Assembly: GCA_035221665.1 (NCBI GenBank)
Contig: CM069148.1
Location: forward strand, 35,030,001 to 35,094,000
DNA length: 64,000 nt
Origin: Okamejei kenojei
Lineage: Eukaryota
Direction: 5' to 3'
Position numbers and translations under genes: made by a program. A model generated the notes under the pieces. It was not told where the DNA came from and did not search any database. It was given only the letters and a program-made list of their open reading frames with translations. This document shows positions 23,654-36,610 of the stretch, piece by piece. Numbering within the stretch: position 1 is the first letter of the stretch; every line of letters begins with the position of its first letter.

Positions 23654-23672
23654 TGGCCACAAGATGGCGCTA
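23654..23672 (+). promoter_or_regulatory. Candidate CTCF site
   Basis: TGGCCACAAGATGGCGCTA closely fits the CTCF consensus TGGCCACCAG(G/A)(G/T)GGCGCTA. Confidence 0.55.
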
Positions 23673-24809
23673 CAACCATTCAGGGGAAAACAATCTGATT
23701 ACATTATTTTTCGTGACTTCCTGAGATTACAGCTGGTGACTTGTTAGGGAAAAGATTTTGTTCATGGCATTGAGTCTGTTTATCTTTATGCTCGTGGTTC
23801 AATCATTTAATGGGCTGCGCTGCATTCCGGTAAATTCTTTCAAACTTAATAGCGAAATCAAGCACTGCTGCCAACAATGTCTTGTGAACCAAACATGTTG
23901 TTGCCGTGGGCACAGTGTCATGAGGGTGACTATCAGTCCTAATCGTCCTAGTAATGTTCTTGGTGTGCAGTTCTTCACTTTTCTGAGAAGACCATTAATT
24001 TTTGGGGTATACTTTGATTGCCTTTCATTTAGTGTCAGAAACAATGCTGTATATCAGTACAGGTACAGCAGCGATGTTCCAGACGGAGCCTTGCCAGATT
24101 GTCCCTTTGCTGGTCCAACAGAAGTCACGTAATAATAATACAACAATGCACCACTGATCCACGAATTGTACCCTTCCTTAATCTACAGCACCATAGACGG
24201 CTAAAAATGTAAAGTATTAACAATTAACTTTAAGGATGGAGACAAATGTGTACCACATTTAATTCACTGCTTCCATGATTTTGTCTGGATTAAAGAGGGT
24301 GCAGGACCATTTGCTGGAAAATTCATGGTGCACCTATATTATGTGTAACTGTCGGGGACAAGAGTCCAACAACATCCAGAACCAAAATTATTTGACACTA
24401 GGTCTGTTCATAGCTGCAGTGAGCCAGTATTTCCTCTCTTGTGCCCAAATACTAATTTTACCGATGTTATAGGCAGCACATTTGCATCACCTGGACTTGA
24501 GTAGAATGTTAGAAGTGCTGAGGCAGAATCCACAGCTGGGATGCTGACTTGCCTTCCGAGGTGAAAAATCAGCAACCTGAAATATTGACTGTCCATTTGC
24601 AGCTGCCTGTCAGCTGACTTTGCATTTTATCATTTTAGTTTTTCATGAACACTGGCAGAAGTTCAAGATGAAATTGCTTTTAAGCAGGTGCAAAGTTGGA
24701 AAAAAAAGTAAGGCCTGTGATAACTTTGCTGGTAGGACAGATTAAATTGTCAACTGAGGGTATGTACAAAACAGTTTGAGATTGTAGATGTCCATGGATG
24801 CTGTTGCTG

Positions 24810-25520
24810 AATAAATCAAAATCATACTTTATTTGCCAAGTATGTTTTGCAACATGCGAGGAAATTGATTTGCCATAGTCATTCAGAAATTGATTTGCCA
24901 TAAGCAACAAAGCGCACAAAATACATTTTAATATAAACGTCCCCCACATCCACATTCCTCACTGTGATGGAAGGCAAAAGAAAAGTTCAATCTCTTCCCT
25001 TTGTTCTGCAGTCGAGGGCCTTGAGCCTTCCGTTGACGGGACGATCTTGGCTCCCGTAGCCGGCGGTCAGGCCCTCTGTGTCGGGGTGATCAAGATCCCT
25101 CGTTGGGGATCTCAGCTCCCCTGCGCCTGGCAATCAGACTCCAGGTCGGGGCTCGTGAAACCTGTGACTTTGGAGCATCCCGACATCAGTCTCTACCCAA
25201 GACTGCGAGCTCGTCGATGTTCGCGGTTGCAACGTCAATCCCAGGCAAGGGATCGCAGGCTCCGACGGTAAGTCCACAGCTCCACGTTGTGGCTTGAAGT
25301 CGGTCTCGGGCAAAGGCTCCAGCTCCATGATGTTAGCGCGCAGAGCGACCGGCGATACGGTCCGGAAAACAATCGCATCTCCGGCAAGGTAGCAGATTGA
25401 AAAGAAGTTTCCCCCGACTCCCCACCCCCACATAAAACAAACCAAAAAAGATTAACACATACTTTTTAAAACGCACTAAAAATAACAAAAAAGACAGACA
25501 GACCGTTGGTGAGGTTGCTA
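24810..25520 (-). mobile_element. Unclassified GC-rich retroelement with LINE-like tail
   Basis: Left end is the antisense of an AATAAA-containing LINE tail; CpG-rich body with no real ORF. Similar layout at ~1800-2305 (+). Confidence 0.45.
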
Positions 25521-26234
25521 TGAAGAAAGAGTTGGGGGTAAAAAGGTTGATAAACCGTGTGAGAATATGGAAAGAGGTTGAATTGGAAACATTTGAGATT
25601 TAATAACTGGGTGAGAGGAAGAAATTGCAATTAGATTGTCATTGCCATTCTCAAAAAGGGGGTGAGGGATGGAGATGGTTTTACACAACACTTTCAAATG
25701 GTGTTATGACATGCACAATAGTCCTTTAATTTGTACTGTAGATCTCGGAATTGATTTATATGGAATATATTTGGAACTGCTCCCTAGGGATAAATAACCA
25801 GTTGTCATTGGTTTCCAGCAGGTCATTTGTTTACCATTTTCAGGTCCTCAACCATACACTTTTCTACCTTCCCAAAGACAAAACACTCAAAATCTACAAC
25901 TTTTCAGCCCGGTTCCTAACCCAGGGAGCTTACCTCTTTTCTGTTATTTAGATTTCATTTACCTTCATCTGTCACTCTTCTCATGTCCTCTTGCCACTTT
26001 GGTAGATTAATATCCTGGGGCTCTTTAGAGAATTGCTGGTTGAGAATGGTGATCTGAAAATTGTCTTTAATATGATGAAAAAGCTTGCTAAGGTAGATAT
26101 TTCCACTTGTTCCATGTTGCTTGCTATTTGAATATTTGATTCCTTTCTTCTGACCTGCCCATTCAAATTAGATGCACTGTTACCAACTAGGAGGAAGCAA
26201 TAAATAAGGGGAGCTGGTAATCGGCTGAAATCTC

Positions 26235-26545
26235 AGTCAAGTCAAGTTTATTCGTCACATGCACATATGAGATGCATACGAAATGAAAAAGTGGCAATGC
26301 TTGCGGATTGTGCCAAAAAACTACAAACAGAATGGAACAGAATCACACATTCACATATTACATATTTGTGGGAGGAACAAAAAAGAAAAAAAACTGTTAT
26401 TTTAAAAAGACACCACACAACAGTAAATTGGTACAGTAAGTAAGTCCCTGGTGAGATAGGATTTTACAGTCCTAATGACCTGGGAAGAAACTCCTTCTCA
26501 TCCTCTCCGTTTTCACAGCATGGCAACGGAGGCGTTTGCCTGACT
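26235..26545 (-). mobile_element. Rex1/Babar-type LINE 3' end
   Basis: gtcaagtcaagtttatt tail as at 19222. Confidence 0.55.
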
Positions 26546-26989
26546 GTCTGAAATCTGAATTAAAAGCAAAAAGGCTGGCCAGGTAGCATCTATAGAAGGA
26601 GAAATGGTTGGTGTTTCAAGGTCACTCTATCAAAATCAAGAATTAATTGGATGTGCTTAATATCAAACCATCTTAAAGCATTTTGCGTAATGAATTCAGA
26701 TGTAGGCCAAGGGTGCTGTATCAACACGATCTCCAAAATGGGATCAGCATCTTTTCCAGGGAAATGTTTGAAAGGCCATTTAACAGATCAAATGTAACTC
26801 TGGAATTCCTAGTGAAGAAAAGGTTTTATTTCAATAACCAGAAACCAAACTGAAATCTGTGAAACTGAAAAGGTTCACTGCATGTGTCTCCAATAACTGC
26901 CCAGAAGTCACTTACACTTTGGGCGAAGAACAACTTCCTGACACCAGCCAGAACTCTTCCCACCCCCCCCCCCCCCCCACCCCCTCAAA

Positions 26990-27285
26990 AAAAATGTGGG
27001 ACCTAGGCTGGGCGAGGTGGCTGATCTCAACTTCATCGGAAATGCTGTGATGATCAGCAGGTTGAATTTGACCCCTGTGGCCAGGGCTCTGAAATTTTGG
27101 CCTGGCCAACGTCAGCAGGTCTGTTGTCATAGCCGACTTGTGAGGCTGATTGCGGGCTGGTATCTTGGCGCCTAGGTGGACTATTCCAGTACTGTTCGAC
27201 TCCTCTCGGAGGCCATGACCTTTGTTGGTCCAGCAAAACGGATAATCCAGAAACAAAGGATGCTGGAAAATTGATGGTGGACCTC
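26990..27285 (+). mobile_element. Partial, diverged copy of the MITE at 45849-46351
   Basis: Shared blocks (gttgaatttg.cccctgtg, catagccgactt, gactcctctcggagg, ggtggacct). Confidence 0.7.
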
Positions 27286-29049
27286 CATTTGCTAGTTTGA
27301 ATTTGCGCTCCTTTGCCATCATGTTTTTTAAACCAAAGAAGTATTCTGATTAATATCTGCCGCACACTTATAATTTCATGTTCCTTAAAAAAGCTCTTTC
27401 AGATGCCTGTCCCTGTAGTCTTTTCCCCAAAATAAGACCAGATCTTGATCAGATCATATTTGACAAAGGTGATCAGGTCTATATTTCTGGAGTTGGGCTG
27501 TGACATTGGCTAAAAATGTACAAATTGCTACAAAAGTACTTCATTGGTTATACAACACTTTGTAACACCATTAAAGAATGAATGACCGGTTGTACTTGAA
27601 TATGATGCAAGTCAACTGTTTTTTGGTGTGTATGTAAATTGGTCGTCAACTGTTTTCATGGGGAATTCTTCCAAAAGGATTTCATAATAGGTTCAACAGC
27701 CATACGTATGGTTTGATTGAACGATAATGCAAATAGACCCTTCAGACTACCGAGTTCATGCCAACCTTAATCACCCATTCTCGCTAGTTATTATCCTACT
27801 TTCACATCTACTTCCTTTGGGAGTTATAGGGAGAATGCAAACCCCACACATGCAGCGGCCTATCAGCTGTGCCACTGTGCTGCCCCTAATAGGTGGTAGA
27901 ACTGTTGCCTCAGACCCAGTGAGCCAGGCTTAATCCTGACATCTGGTGCTGTCTGTGTGGTATTTGTGTATTCTCCCTGTGTTTGCGTAGCTTTCCTTGA
28001 GGTGCTCTTATTTACTCCCACATCCCAAAGATATATTGGTTAACAGTTGAATTGGCCTCTATACAGAGCCCTAATGTGTAGGTGAGAGTTAGACTCTGGA
28101 GAGGGCTAATTGGATTAATGTAGGTGCTGCTTGGTCAGTGTGGACAATATGGGGCGAGGGCCTGATTTCAGCACAGTAAGCCTCGATGCAATGTGTCATC
28201 CTTTGTACAGTGAATCGCATCAACAAGGCTGTATTATGTGTTTATCCTTTGGTTTCCTTGAGAATATTAAGAGGCAACATACAATGTGAGATCGGACTCA
28301 CATGTTGGTCTGTCCCCACAATGGCGCAAGGTCCCTCTCAAAGTTAGACTTTAAGTTTCAGTATTTTTTTGTGTCATTTCTTTCCGGCATCAGGACACAA
28401 TTTAGATTTGCAAAATTAAAAGCAAGAGCCACCCTTGTAACATTAACATTTAAGTAGCATGGAATAATGCGGCAAGGAGACACAAGGAACTGCAGATGCT
28501 GGAATCTTGAATAAAGCACAACGTTCTGAAGTTCTTATTCAGTCTGAAGAAGGGTCCCGGCCCGAATGGTCACCCATCCCTTTTCATCCTAGCCCGTTGA
28601 GTTACTCCAGCGCTTTGTGTCTATATTTGGTATAAACCATCATCTGCACTTCCTTGTTTCTACATGATGTTTATACATCCTGTATACACATGCCTGTATT
28701 CCCCGCATATCCACATATCTTAAACACCACTGTTGTATCTGTCTCCACAGGCACCCACGTAAAAAAAACTTACCCCCACATCTCCTTAAACGTTGAGTAG
28801 GTATGAACTGCAGATGCTGGTTCACACCGAAGATAGGCACAACATGCTGGAGTAACTTAGCCTTATGGAGAGAAGGAATGGGCAACGTTTCGGGTCGAGA
28901 CCCTTTTTTCAATTACTCCAGCATTTTGTGCGTCTCCTTAAACTGTGCTCCTCCCATCTTAAAACTATAAACACGAAGCAATAAATATCAGTTTGCAATT
29001 AATTCTTCGCCAAATCCCCTGCGCCTTATTTTTTGAAATTGCACAGCGT

Positions 29050-29428
29050 AGCCTGGTGGCCAGCTAGTTAGCAGCAGGAAGAGCATATTATCAAAACAAG
29101 TCCTGCAGCCCGGGCCAGGAGTGACTGACAGCTCGGTGCCTGGCTCGGAAACGGAGCCCGGTCATTGGCGACACTGAGGGGGAGGGGGTGTCTGTCAGAC
29201 CGTGCGGGGGAGATGGTTGGTCGGATGAGACGGGAGGAGGGGAGACGAGACAGCAGTGCCCGTCAAAGATACGGTGCCGGCCGGTAGAGGAGAGCAGGGC
29301 AGAGGCAGAGGCAGAGAGGAGAGTGGAGCAGGACAGAGGAGACAAGAGACCAGGAGAGCAGGGCTGGGCGGAGAGATGTGAGCGCGGTGGGCACTTGCTG
29401 CACAAATTAAAGGACTATTGTGCAGGAG
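29050..29428 (+). promoter_or_regulatory. PNPLA2: PNPLA2 promoter / 5'UTR region
   Basis: Local CpG enrichment, ATTGG at 29164, G-rich boxes and a GA-rich leader directly upstream of the ATG. TSS not determinable. Confidence 0.55.
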
Positions 29429-29618
29429 ATGCTGCGACCAGACGACTCGTCCTGGAGCATTTCGTTCGCCGGCTGCGGATTCCTCGGCATTTACCATGTG
29501 GGGGTTGCCAGCTGCCTGTGCGAGCACGCCCCGCATCTGGTGCACAATGCCAGCAACATCTACGGGGCATCGGCCGGCGCGCTGACAGCCAGCGCCTTGG
29601 TCAGCGGAGCCAGTCTCG
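29429..29618 (+). CDS. PNPLA2: PNPLA2 (ATGL) coding exon 1
   Basis: [30 protein letters not shown]...IYGASAGAL: patatin oxyanion loop GCGFLG and catalytic GxSxG. GTAAGT donor. Position next to RPLP2 favours PNPLA2 over PNPLA3. Confidence 0.95.
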
Positions 29619-29704
29619 GTAAGTGGCCCGCTCCCTCTCACCGAGAGACGCCCTGCTGACGGGACGGGACTCCGCTCACCTCTCCCTTCTCACCATGTTG
29701 CACT

Positions 29705-30042
29705 TATATAAGCCGGATGGTAATACAAGTTTGCAGATGATACAACATTGTGGGCGGCATTGTAGATAGTGAAGATGGTCGTCAGAAATTGCAGCAGGTT
29801 AACGATCGGTTGGCCAGGTGGGTTGGGGAATGGTTGATGGAATTTAAATACAGAGAAATGTGAGGTGTTGCATTTTGGAAACTCTAAAACATGGGCAGGC
29901 CCTGCACAGTGAATTGTGGGGGTCCGGGGAGTGTTGTGGAGCGGAGGGTTCTCGGAGTGCAGGTGCATAGTTCGTTGAAAGTGGCATTCCATGTAGATGG
30001 GGTGGTCAAAAGGTATTTTGGCACATTGGTCTTCATCAGTCA
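29705..30042 (+). mobile_element. CR1 LINE fragment
   Basis: KFADDT motif, then LGVQVHSSLKV. Confidence 0.8.
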
Positions 30043-31574
30043 GTATTGTCTGAAGAAGGGTCTCAACCCGAAATGTCACCCATTCAGTCCCAACTCCCCA
30101 CTTGTTTTGCTCTAAATACCCAATTCTCCCTCATTTGCCCATCAACTGCCTATTTCACAAAAATTGGAGGTAGTTTGCAGTAGTGGTCTGTCAGCAATTT
30201 CTTGGAATGTGGGATAAAATCGCCCAGGCATGGAAATGTGCGGGTCAAGTGCTGAAAGATGGGATTAATACAGGTGGGCGCCGGTATGGACGTGTTGGCT
30301 TTCACAAATGGACATTGGACAAATGGCTTGTTTCCATGCTGTATTACTCGATGGAACTGGAAAGCCAGTGGTAATCCACCAAAGAGAATGTGCAAACTCC
30401 ACACAGACAGCACTGGAGGTCAGGATTGATATCTGTGTGCCGTCAGAATTAACTGCTGCTTCACCAGAACAAGAAACCACTGCAAAGAAGATAGGCCTAG
30501 AGAAGGCATAAATATGAACTATTAAATTAATTCCAAGAACATCTGTCAGATAAAATAGACGATAGTTGTGATCTAAAGTTATTTTTACTAGTGGTTAAAC
30601 CTGTGAAGTGTGCTGAATCAGAGATAAGTTGTTTCTAGCGATAAGGTTCTTCTTTCTTGGAACAGAGTAGGAGATCTCTTAGAACACAGAGGGCAGAATT
30701 GGAGTAGGGTAGAGAATTAAAGTGATAGGCATTGTGAAAGTTGGGTTCATCCAAAAGTGTTCAATAGAGATGATTTCAAATTGTTGAAACTCAGTCTATA
30801 TTTTGGAATCTCTAACATAGATATCTCGCATCGTGAAGAATCGGTTTATGGTAAATATTGGCAGCCCACCCTGCGAATGTAGGTAGCAAAGTCAAGGAAA
30901 GGAAGTTAAAGCTAGGTCATGTGATGGGAGGAAGCAGAGGAGGTGACATTCTTGAGCTAGGGCAGGAAACAACATTTTAGTAATCGTGTGTGCAGAAAAA
31001 AGAGGCATCAGAGGGGAATTAAAAATTAAATAAGATTCATCCAGAGTCCCTCAGCAATGTCTTTTACTTGAACAGCTTATAGGTAACACCAAATCAAATT
31101 AATGCAGGCATTGGAGTTATTACATGAACACATAAAATGCTGGAAATGCAGATTGATTGTGGAGTATCTATGCTCAGTTCACATGTAAATGTGCACTTTT
31201 GCCACCTCTTGCTTTAATTTGCTCCCCCCCCCCCCCTCTCATCTTGTCGGCATTAGGGCTCAGCTTGCCACTATACCAGCGGCGGCCAAAGTAAGCACAA
31301 GAAATGGAACCTCATTTGGTACTTTAATACCATCTGGACTCGGTGTACACATACTGAAATTAACCTTTAATTCTGAACATTGGCTCCACATTTTTCAGAC
31401 AGTGCCTGTTATTTATGATTCCGCCATTATGTTTGTAACATGCAATTTTCTATTAAATATATGAAATTATAAGGAGGAAGTTGTGGGTTCTGCAGAGCCC
31501 ATACATTTCCTTCCTGGTCTTCTGCATGCTAACAGGGAGAAGTCTGGATGTGCCCAGTGGCGTCCATTATCACA

Positions 31575-31855
31575 TAACACAGGCTGAACCCCACATGCGG
31601 AATTTCGAGACACATTTATAAGCCACAAGACATAATTAGCAGCACAGAACGCCACAAGAGATCCTTTTTCCCTGTGGCTATCAAACTGTACAACTCCTCC
31701 CCTTTCCGTTGTTGGGTAGCCTGACTTCCCCCCTTCCCAATCTTTGCACAAATCCAATCCTGAACTTTCCACTCGTCACTTTATTTTCATGTATCTTGTG
31801 TTTCATGACTGGTGGCAGACCAATTTCCCTCCTGGGATAAATAAAGTTCTATCAT
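31575..31855 (+). mobile_element. Rex1/Babar-type LINE 3' end
   Basis: ...gaacgccacaagagatcctttttccctgtggctatcaaactgtacaac... and tail gggataaataaagttctatc. Confidence 0.6.
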
Positions 31856-33344
31856 ATTGTGAGAGCTGCTTCATCAGGATTTCAATGAGAATTGCTGGAC
31901 TATGTCCCATCCCCTGAAGTCTCATGCTGGGAACCCTTGTCAGATAGGCCAAGGTAAAGTAGTCAACCCTCAGTGCGGTTCCACCTCCATATCCGCAGTT
32001 CCTTCAGTTGTGAATCATCATCTTCCCCTCATGACCCTCTCCTGCATTCTCCCGACCCCAAACCTTTACCAATCATGTTGACCCCACCAATAGGTCTCTC
32101 CCTCACCGACTTTCCTTCCTCCTATTGCCACCAAGGTTCAGACCCACGTTTTCACACAGGAATGGATTTCAGATGTTTGGAGGCCTACTTTCTAAAACAT
32201 CGCGCCTAGGGTCTCAAGCGCTTTGGTACTTTGCAGGAGTGAATCACTATCAGGACATTTGTTGTTCCCCCTCCCCTCCGCTGTACCGTGAACAAAACAT
32301 GCCTTTGCAAACATCTCCTGCACCAGGTGGTGCTATCAAGCGTCAGTGGGAGCACGTCAACAGAAAGCTGAGCGATGTCATGGTACAGAATAATAACATT
32401 ATGTAATTTGTGAGATGTTGCAACGAAGGGTCAGCAGTGGGTCAGAAAATATGAGGTCAGTGTCTTGTAAAGGTTAACATCGAGCAGTAACGCTAGATAA
32501 TCCTATCATTGTGGATGAAAGGTGATGGCGGTGTACACGGTCTCCACTATGTTTTAGGTAAATTATCTTCTTAGTATTTACAAGCAGTTGGTCATAATAT
32601 CGTCAGCCACAACTGGGCTTGGGAGTGGCATAACAAAGTCAAGGACCTTTTCTGTTGCGTTAAGCCTTAGTCAACCGTCAGTATTGGCACCATAATACAC
32701 TTACGACTTCAAAAAGGGGGGGGAGGCCAGTGCAGACTCATAATGAAACCAAGGTTAAATGGATTTAATTAGGACATTTTTGCATCAACTTGTCCTGTAA
32801 TGGGTTAGAAGATGATCCAATCTAGACCTTTGACTCCCTTCCTTTCATGGATAAGAAACCCAGAATAAGATAACACAATCATAACATTTGAGCAGCTGGA
32901 AGTAAAATCAGTTGGAAGGAAATATGTTTTTATGCAGCGGATTGTGTAAATTAATACTGTCCTCACTTCAAAAGCCTTAGACGCTGGTCAAATACAAAAC
33001 AAATCTAATCATATTTGAAGTGCTAGGGAAAGGAATCAAATGATGATGTTATAGGAATGATGTTACAGGGCAGCCAATGATGAACAGGCTTGTGGGACTG
33101 AATGGCCTGTTCCTATTCCGGTGTTCCTTGAAAAATAGTGCTGCTTTGGTGCTAAAAACTGGAAAAACAAAATTTTTAGTTGCGGCAGTTTTACAGGCAC
33201 ATTAACACAACAACGCAACAAATAAATATAAAATAAACAATTGAACAATGAATTATCAGTTACATTGGATAACCAGATCATAATAGTATAAGTCAAAGTA
33301 TGTAGTGCAACCTTATACAAAGAATATAGTAGTTCAGTGGAGAG

Positions 33345-33540
33345 ACAATAAACTGCAGATGCTGGTTTACGAAAGAAAGACACAAGGTGCAGAAGTAATT
33401 CAGCAGGTCTCTGAGGAACATGGGTAGCAACGTTTCGGATCGGGATCCTTCTTCAGACTGAGAAGGGTCCCAACCCAAAATGTCACATCCATGTTCTCCA
33501 GAGATGCTGCCTGACCTGCTGAGTTACTCCAGCACTTTCT
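33345..33540. mobile_element. Palindromic Penelope-derived element
   Basis: Two inverted copies of the terminus meet at cttcagactgagaag. Confidence 0.75.
33429..33456 (-). ncRNA. Minimal hammerhead-ribozyme-like core (best-preserved copy)
   Basis: Minus strand reads CTGAAGA-A-GGAT(CCCG)ATCC-GAAA-CGTT: both core boxes, a 4-bp stem II and palindromic AACGTT. Confidence 0.55.
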
Positions 33541-33861
33541 GTACATCAGTACGTTTGTAGGAGTGTTGTACCAGGGTGGTTCAAGTGCTTGATGGGTGAT
33601 TGGAAGAAGTTGTTCTTGAAACTGGAGGTCACAGTTCTCGGGCTCAAATTATGACCCCTAGTTTAAGACTCCCCATCCCAGCCGAACTGAGTATTCTTTA
33701 TCCTCCCAATCAGTTGCATTTAACATCTCGGAAACCTTAACAAAATACCCTTTAGTCTTCTAAATTGCAAGCAGTATTATCTTGGTTTGAGTAATCTCTG
33801 CTGATAGTTGATCCCTTGGAATCCAGTACCATTGAACTCTTGGAATTTAGGTATCATATAT

Positions 33862-34400
33862 CTGTGCAGTTTTGGTCTCCAAATTGGAGGAAGGACATTC
33901 TTGCTATTGAGGGAGTGCAGTGTAGATTCATGAGGTTAATTCCCGGGATGGCGGGACTGTCCTATGTTGATAGAATGGAGCGGCTGGGCTTGTATATTCT
34001 GGAATTTAGAAGGATGAGAGGGGATCTTATTGAAACATAGAAGATTATTAATGGTTTGGACACGCTAGAGGCAGGAAACATGTTCCCGATGTTGGGGGAA
34101 GTCCAGAATCAGGGGCCACAGTTTAAGAATAAGGGGTAAGCCATTTAGAACGGAGATGAGGAAAAACGTTTTCACACAGAGGGCTGTGAATCTGTGGAAT
34201 TCTCTGCCTCAAAATACAGTGGAGGCCAATTCTCTGGATGCTTTCAAGAGAGTTAGATAGAGCTTTTAAAGATAGCGGAGTCAGGGGATATGGGGAGAAG
34301 GCAGGAACGGGGTACTGATTGTGGATGATCAGCCATGATCACAGTGAATGGCGGTGCTGGCTCGAACGGCCTACTCCTGCACCTATTGTCTATTGTCTAT
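33862..34400 (+). mobile_element. CR1 LINE 3' fragment
   Basis: VQFWSP...RRMRGDLIET peptide and (ctattgt)n tail. Confidence 0.9.
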
Positions 34401-36169
34401 GCTGTGCTCCTTCTAGCCAATGCATCCTCCCCAATGTTTAGTTCCGGAACTGTTCATGGTGTTCTAGATATGGTCTAACCTGTGTTGTTTGTGGTGCACA
34501 GAAGCCTCTGTCCCACTATTATCCACTAACAATGTCAGCATTGCTATTGCTATTACGATGGTTTTTTGTCCGAGTCTGTGACTCATTACTCCTAAGGTCC
34601 AAAACTCATTTTATCTACGACACTTATATGCTTTTCACTTGGGATGTACAGGCAACGTCCGGGTTATGAATGCGTCCAGTATGTATACCACACATGTAGA
34701 GTCACACGGCACGGAAACAGGGCCCTTCGGCCCAACTTGCCCATGCTATACAAGTACACCACACCCACTATGATCAAGCTCTCATCATATTACATCAAAA
34801 GCCACTCATTACAATACTGCAGATGTATAGTGACCATTTTGAGCGATATTTGTGTATTTTATGAATTAAGGACAAAATAAACTTATGGATGTCGGTAAGG
34901 ATGGAACATATTCATTATCCGGGGATGGCCGGTGTTATCTTCTCTGCTTATTTGAGCGGAAGATCTTATTTGCCTGCATTGAAAAATATATGCCACGACT
35001 TTGTGAATCTGCTCAATCTAGTCCTGTGAAACGTTGTTACTCCGGTAAACTCAGGGCCATGCTGAAGATGGACTATTGAATATTGTTCCAATAAATACCT
35101 CAACACATTTTGAATTCACCTTTTGAAGATGTTGCATATTATAGTGGCGTAGCGAGTTTTCTAGTGAACACAGTACTTTCAAGTTATTGTAGTAAACAGG
35201 CTGGGGAACCTGAGGCTCCGGTTTGTTCACGAGCGCATGGGAACTGAGGTGGCTGGTGTGTTAAAGAAATCATGGGAACTGGGAGTGCAGTGACCTTAAA
35301 GAGAGGACTGGAACCCAGGTCCACCTATGCTAAATGGTACATGTGAAGCAACACCCTGTGAGAGAGAGTCTGGACCGTCAACATTTCCAAGCAAATGAAA
35401 GGAGATTATACATTTGACTGTAATATTACTTTATATTTTAATGTTTCCACCTACAGCGCTTACAACACTGCCTATTCTATCATCTACCTTATTTACAAAT
35501 TATTTACATATCTGGTGCATAGTTGTGACTCCAGCACATATCCATATTGGACATCCACTCATCAAATCCTGTCAATTGGAATTCCAGTCCAATAACCATA
35601 TCCTGTCAAATGTTATGCAGCTATTTTTATAGTCAAGTCAATAGTTTAACTTCCTTTTGGAGTCGTAGTCATACAGCGTTGAAACAGCTGTCTTTTAAAT
35701 GCTGTTATAGTATCTGTCTGCAACAAACTCCTCTGGCAGCTCCTGCCATATATTCACCACCCTCTCAGTGAAAAAAGTGGCCACTCAGGTTCCTATTAAA
35801 TCTTGCCCCTCTCATCTTAAACTTATGTCCTAAGGTGTTTGATTTCTCATTCTTTCCTGTTAATTGTAGATAGTAAATGTTATTCTTATTCTTTCTTTAA
35901 GATAATACATTGCATTATTGCTCTCTGTCCCCTTTGCACTCTGTTCTGCAGTTGTTGGCTCTTTAATGAGTGTAAGTACAACTGGCAACTCTCATAGATC
36001 TCGTGCAAACTTTGACTTTGGGTGTAGTCAGGTATTGATCACCTGGCTGGGTCAATCTCTCCTTGATGTATTTCACATCCTATCTGCTTGTACTCATTTT
36101 ATTTATTGCTCTGTTTTTACTTGCACGCTTTCTTTATCTCTCACTCACTTTCATTACGACTCACATGTG

Positions 36170-36610
36170 TTAACATATGATGAGCATTTGACTGCACTGG
36201 GCCTGTACTCGCTGGAGTTTAGAAGCATAAGGGGGGGACCTAATGGAAATTTACCAAATAGTCAAAGGCTTGGATAGAGTGGATGTGGAGAGGATGTTTC
36301 CACTAGTGGGAGAGTCTAGGACTGGCCTAGGACTAGCCTCAGAATTAAAGGATGTTCCTTTAGGAAGGAGGTGATGAGGATTTCTTCAGACAGAGGGTGG
36401 TGAATCTGTGTAATTCTTTGCCACCGAAGGCTGTGGAGGCCAAGTCAATGGATATTTTTAAGGCAGATAGATTCTTGATTAGTACGGGTATCAGAGGTTA
36501 CGGGAAGAAGGCAGGAGAATGGGGTTAGGAGGGAAAGAAAGATCAGCCATGATTGAATGGCGGGGTAGACTTAATGGTCCGAATGGCCTAATTTCACAAG
36601 ACCTTATGAG
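36170..36610 (+). mobile_element. CR1 LINE 3' fragment (second subfamily)
   Basis: [16 protein letters not shown] peptide and CR1 tail. Confidence 0.85.
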
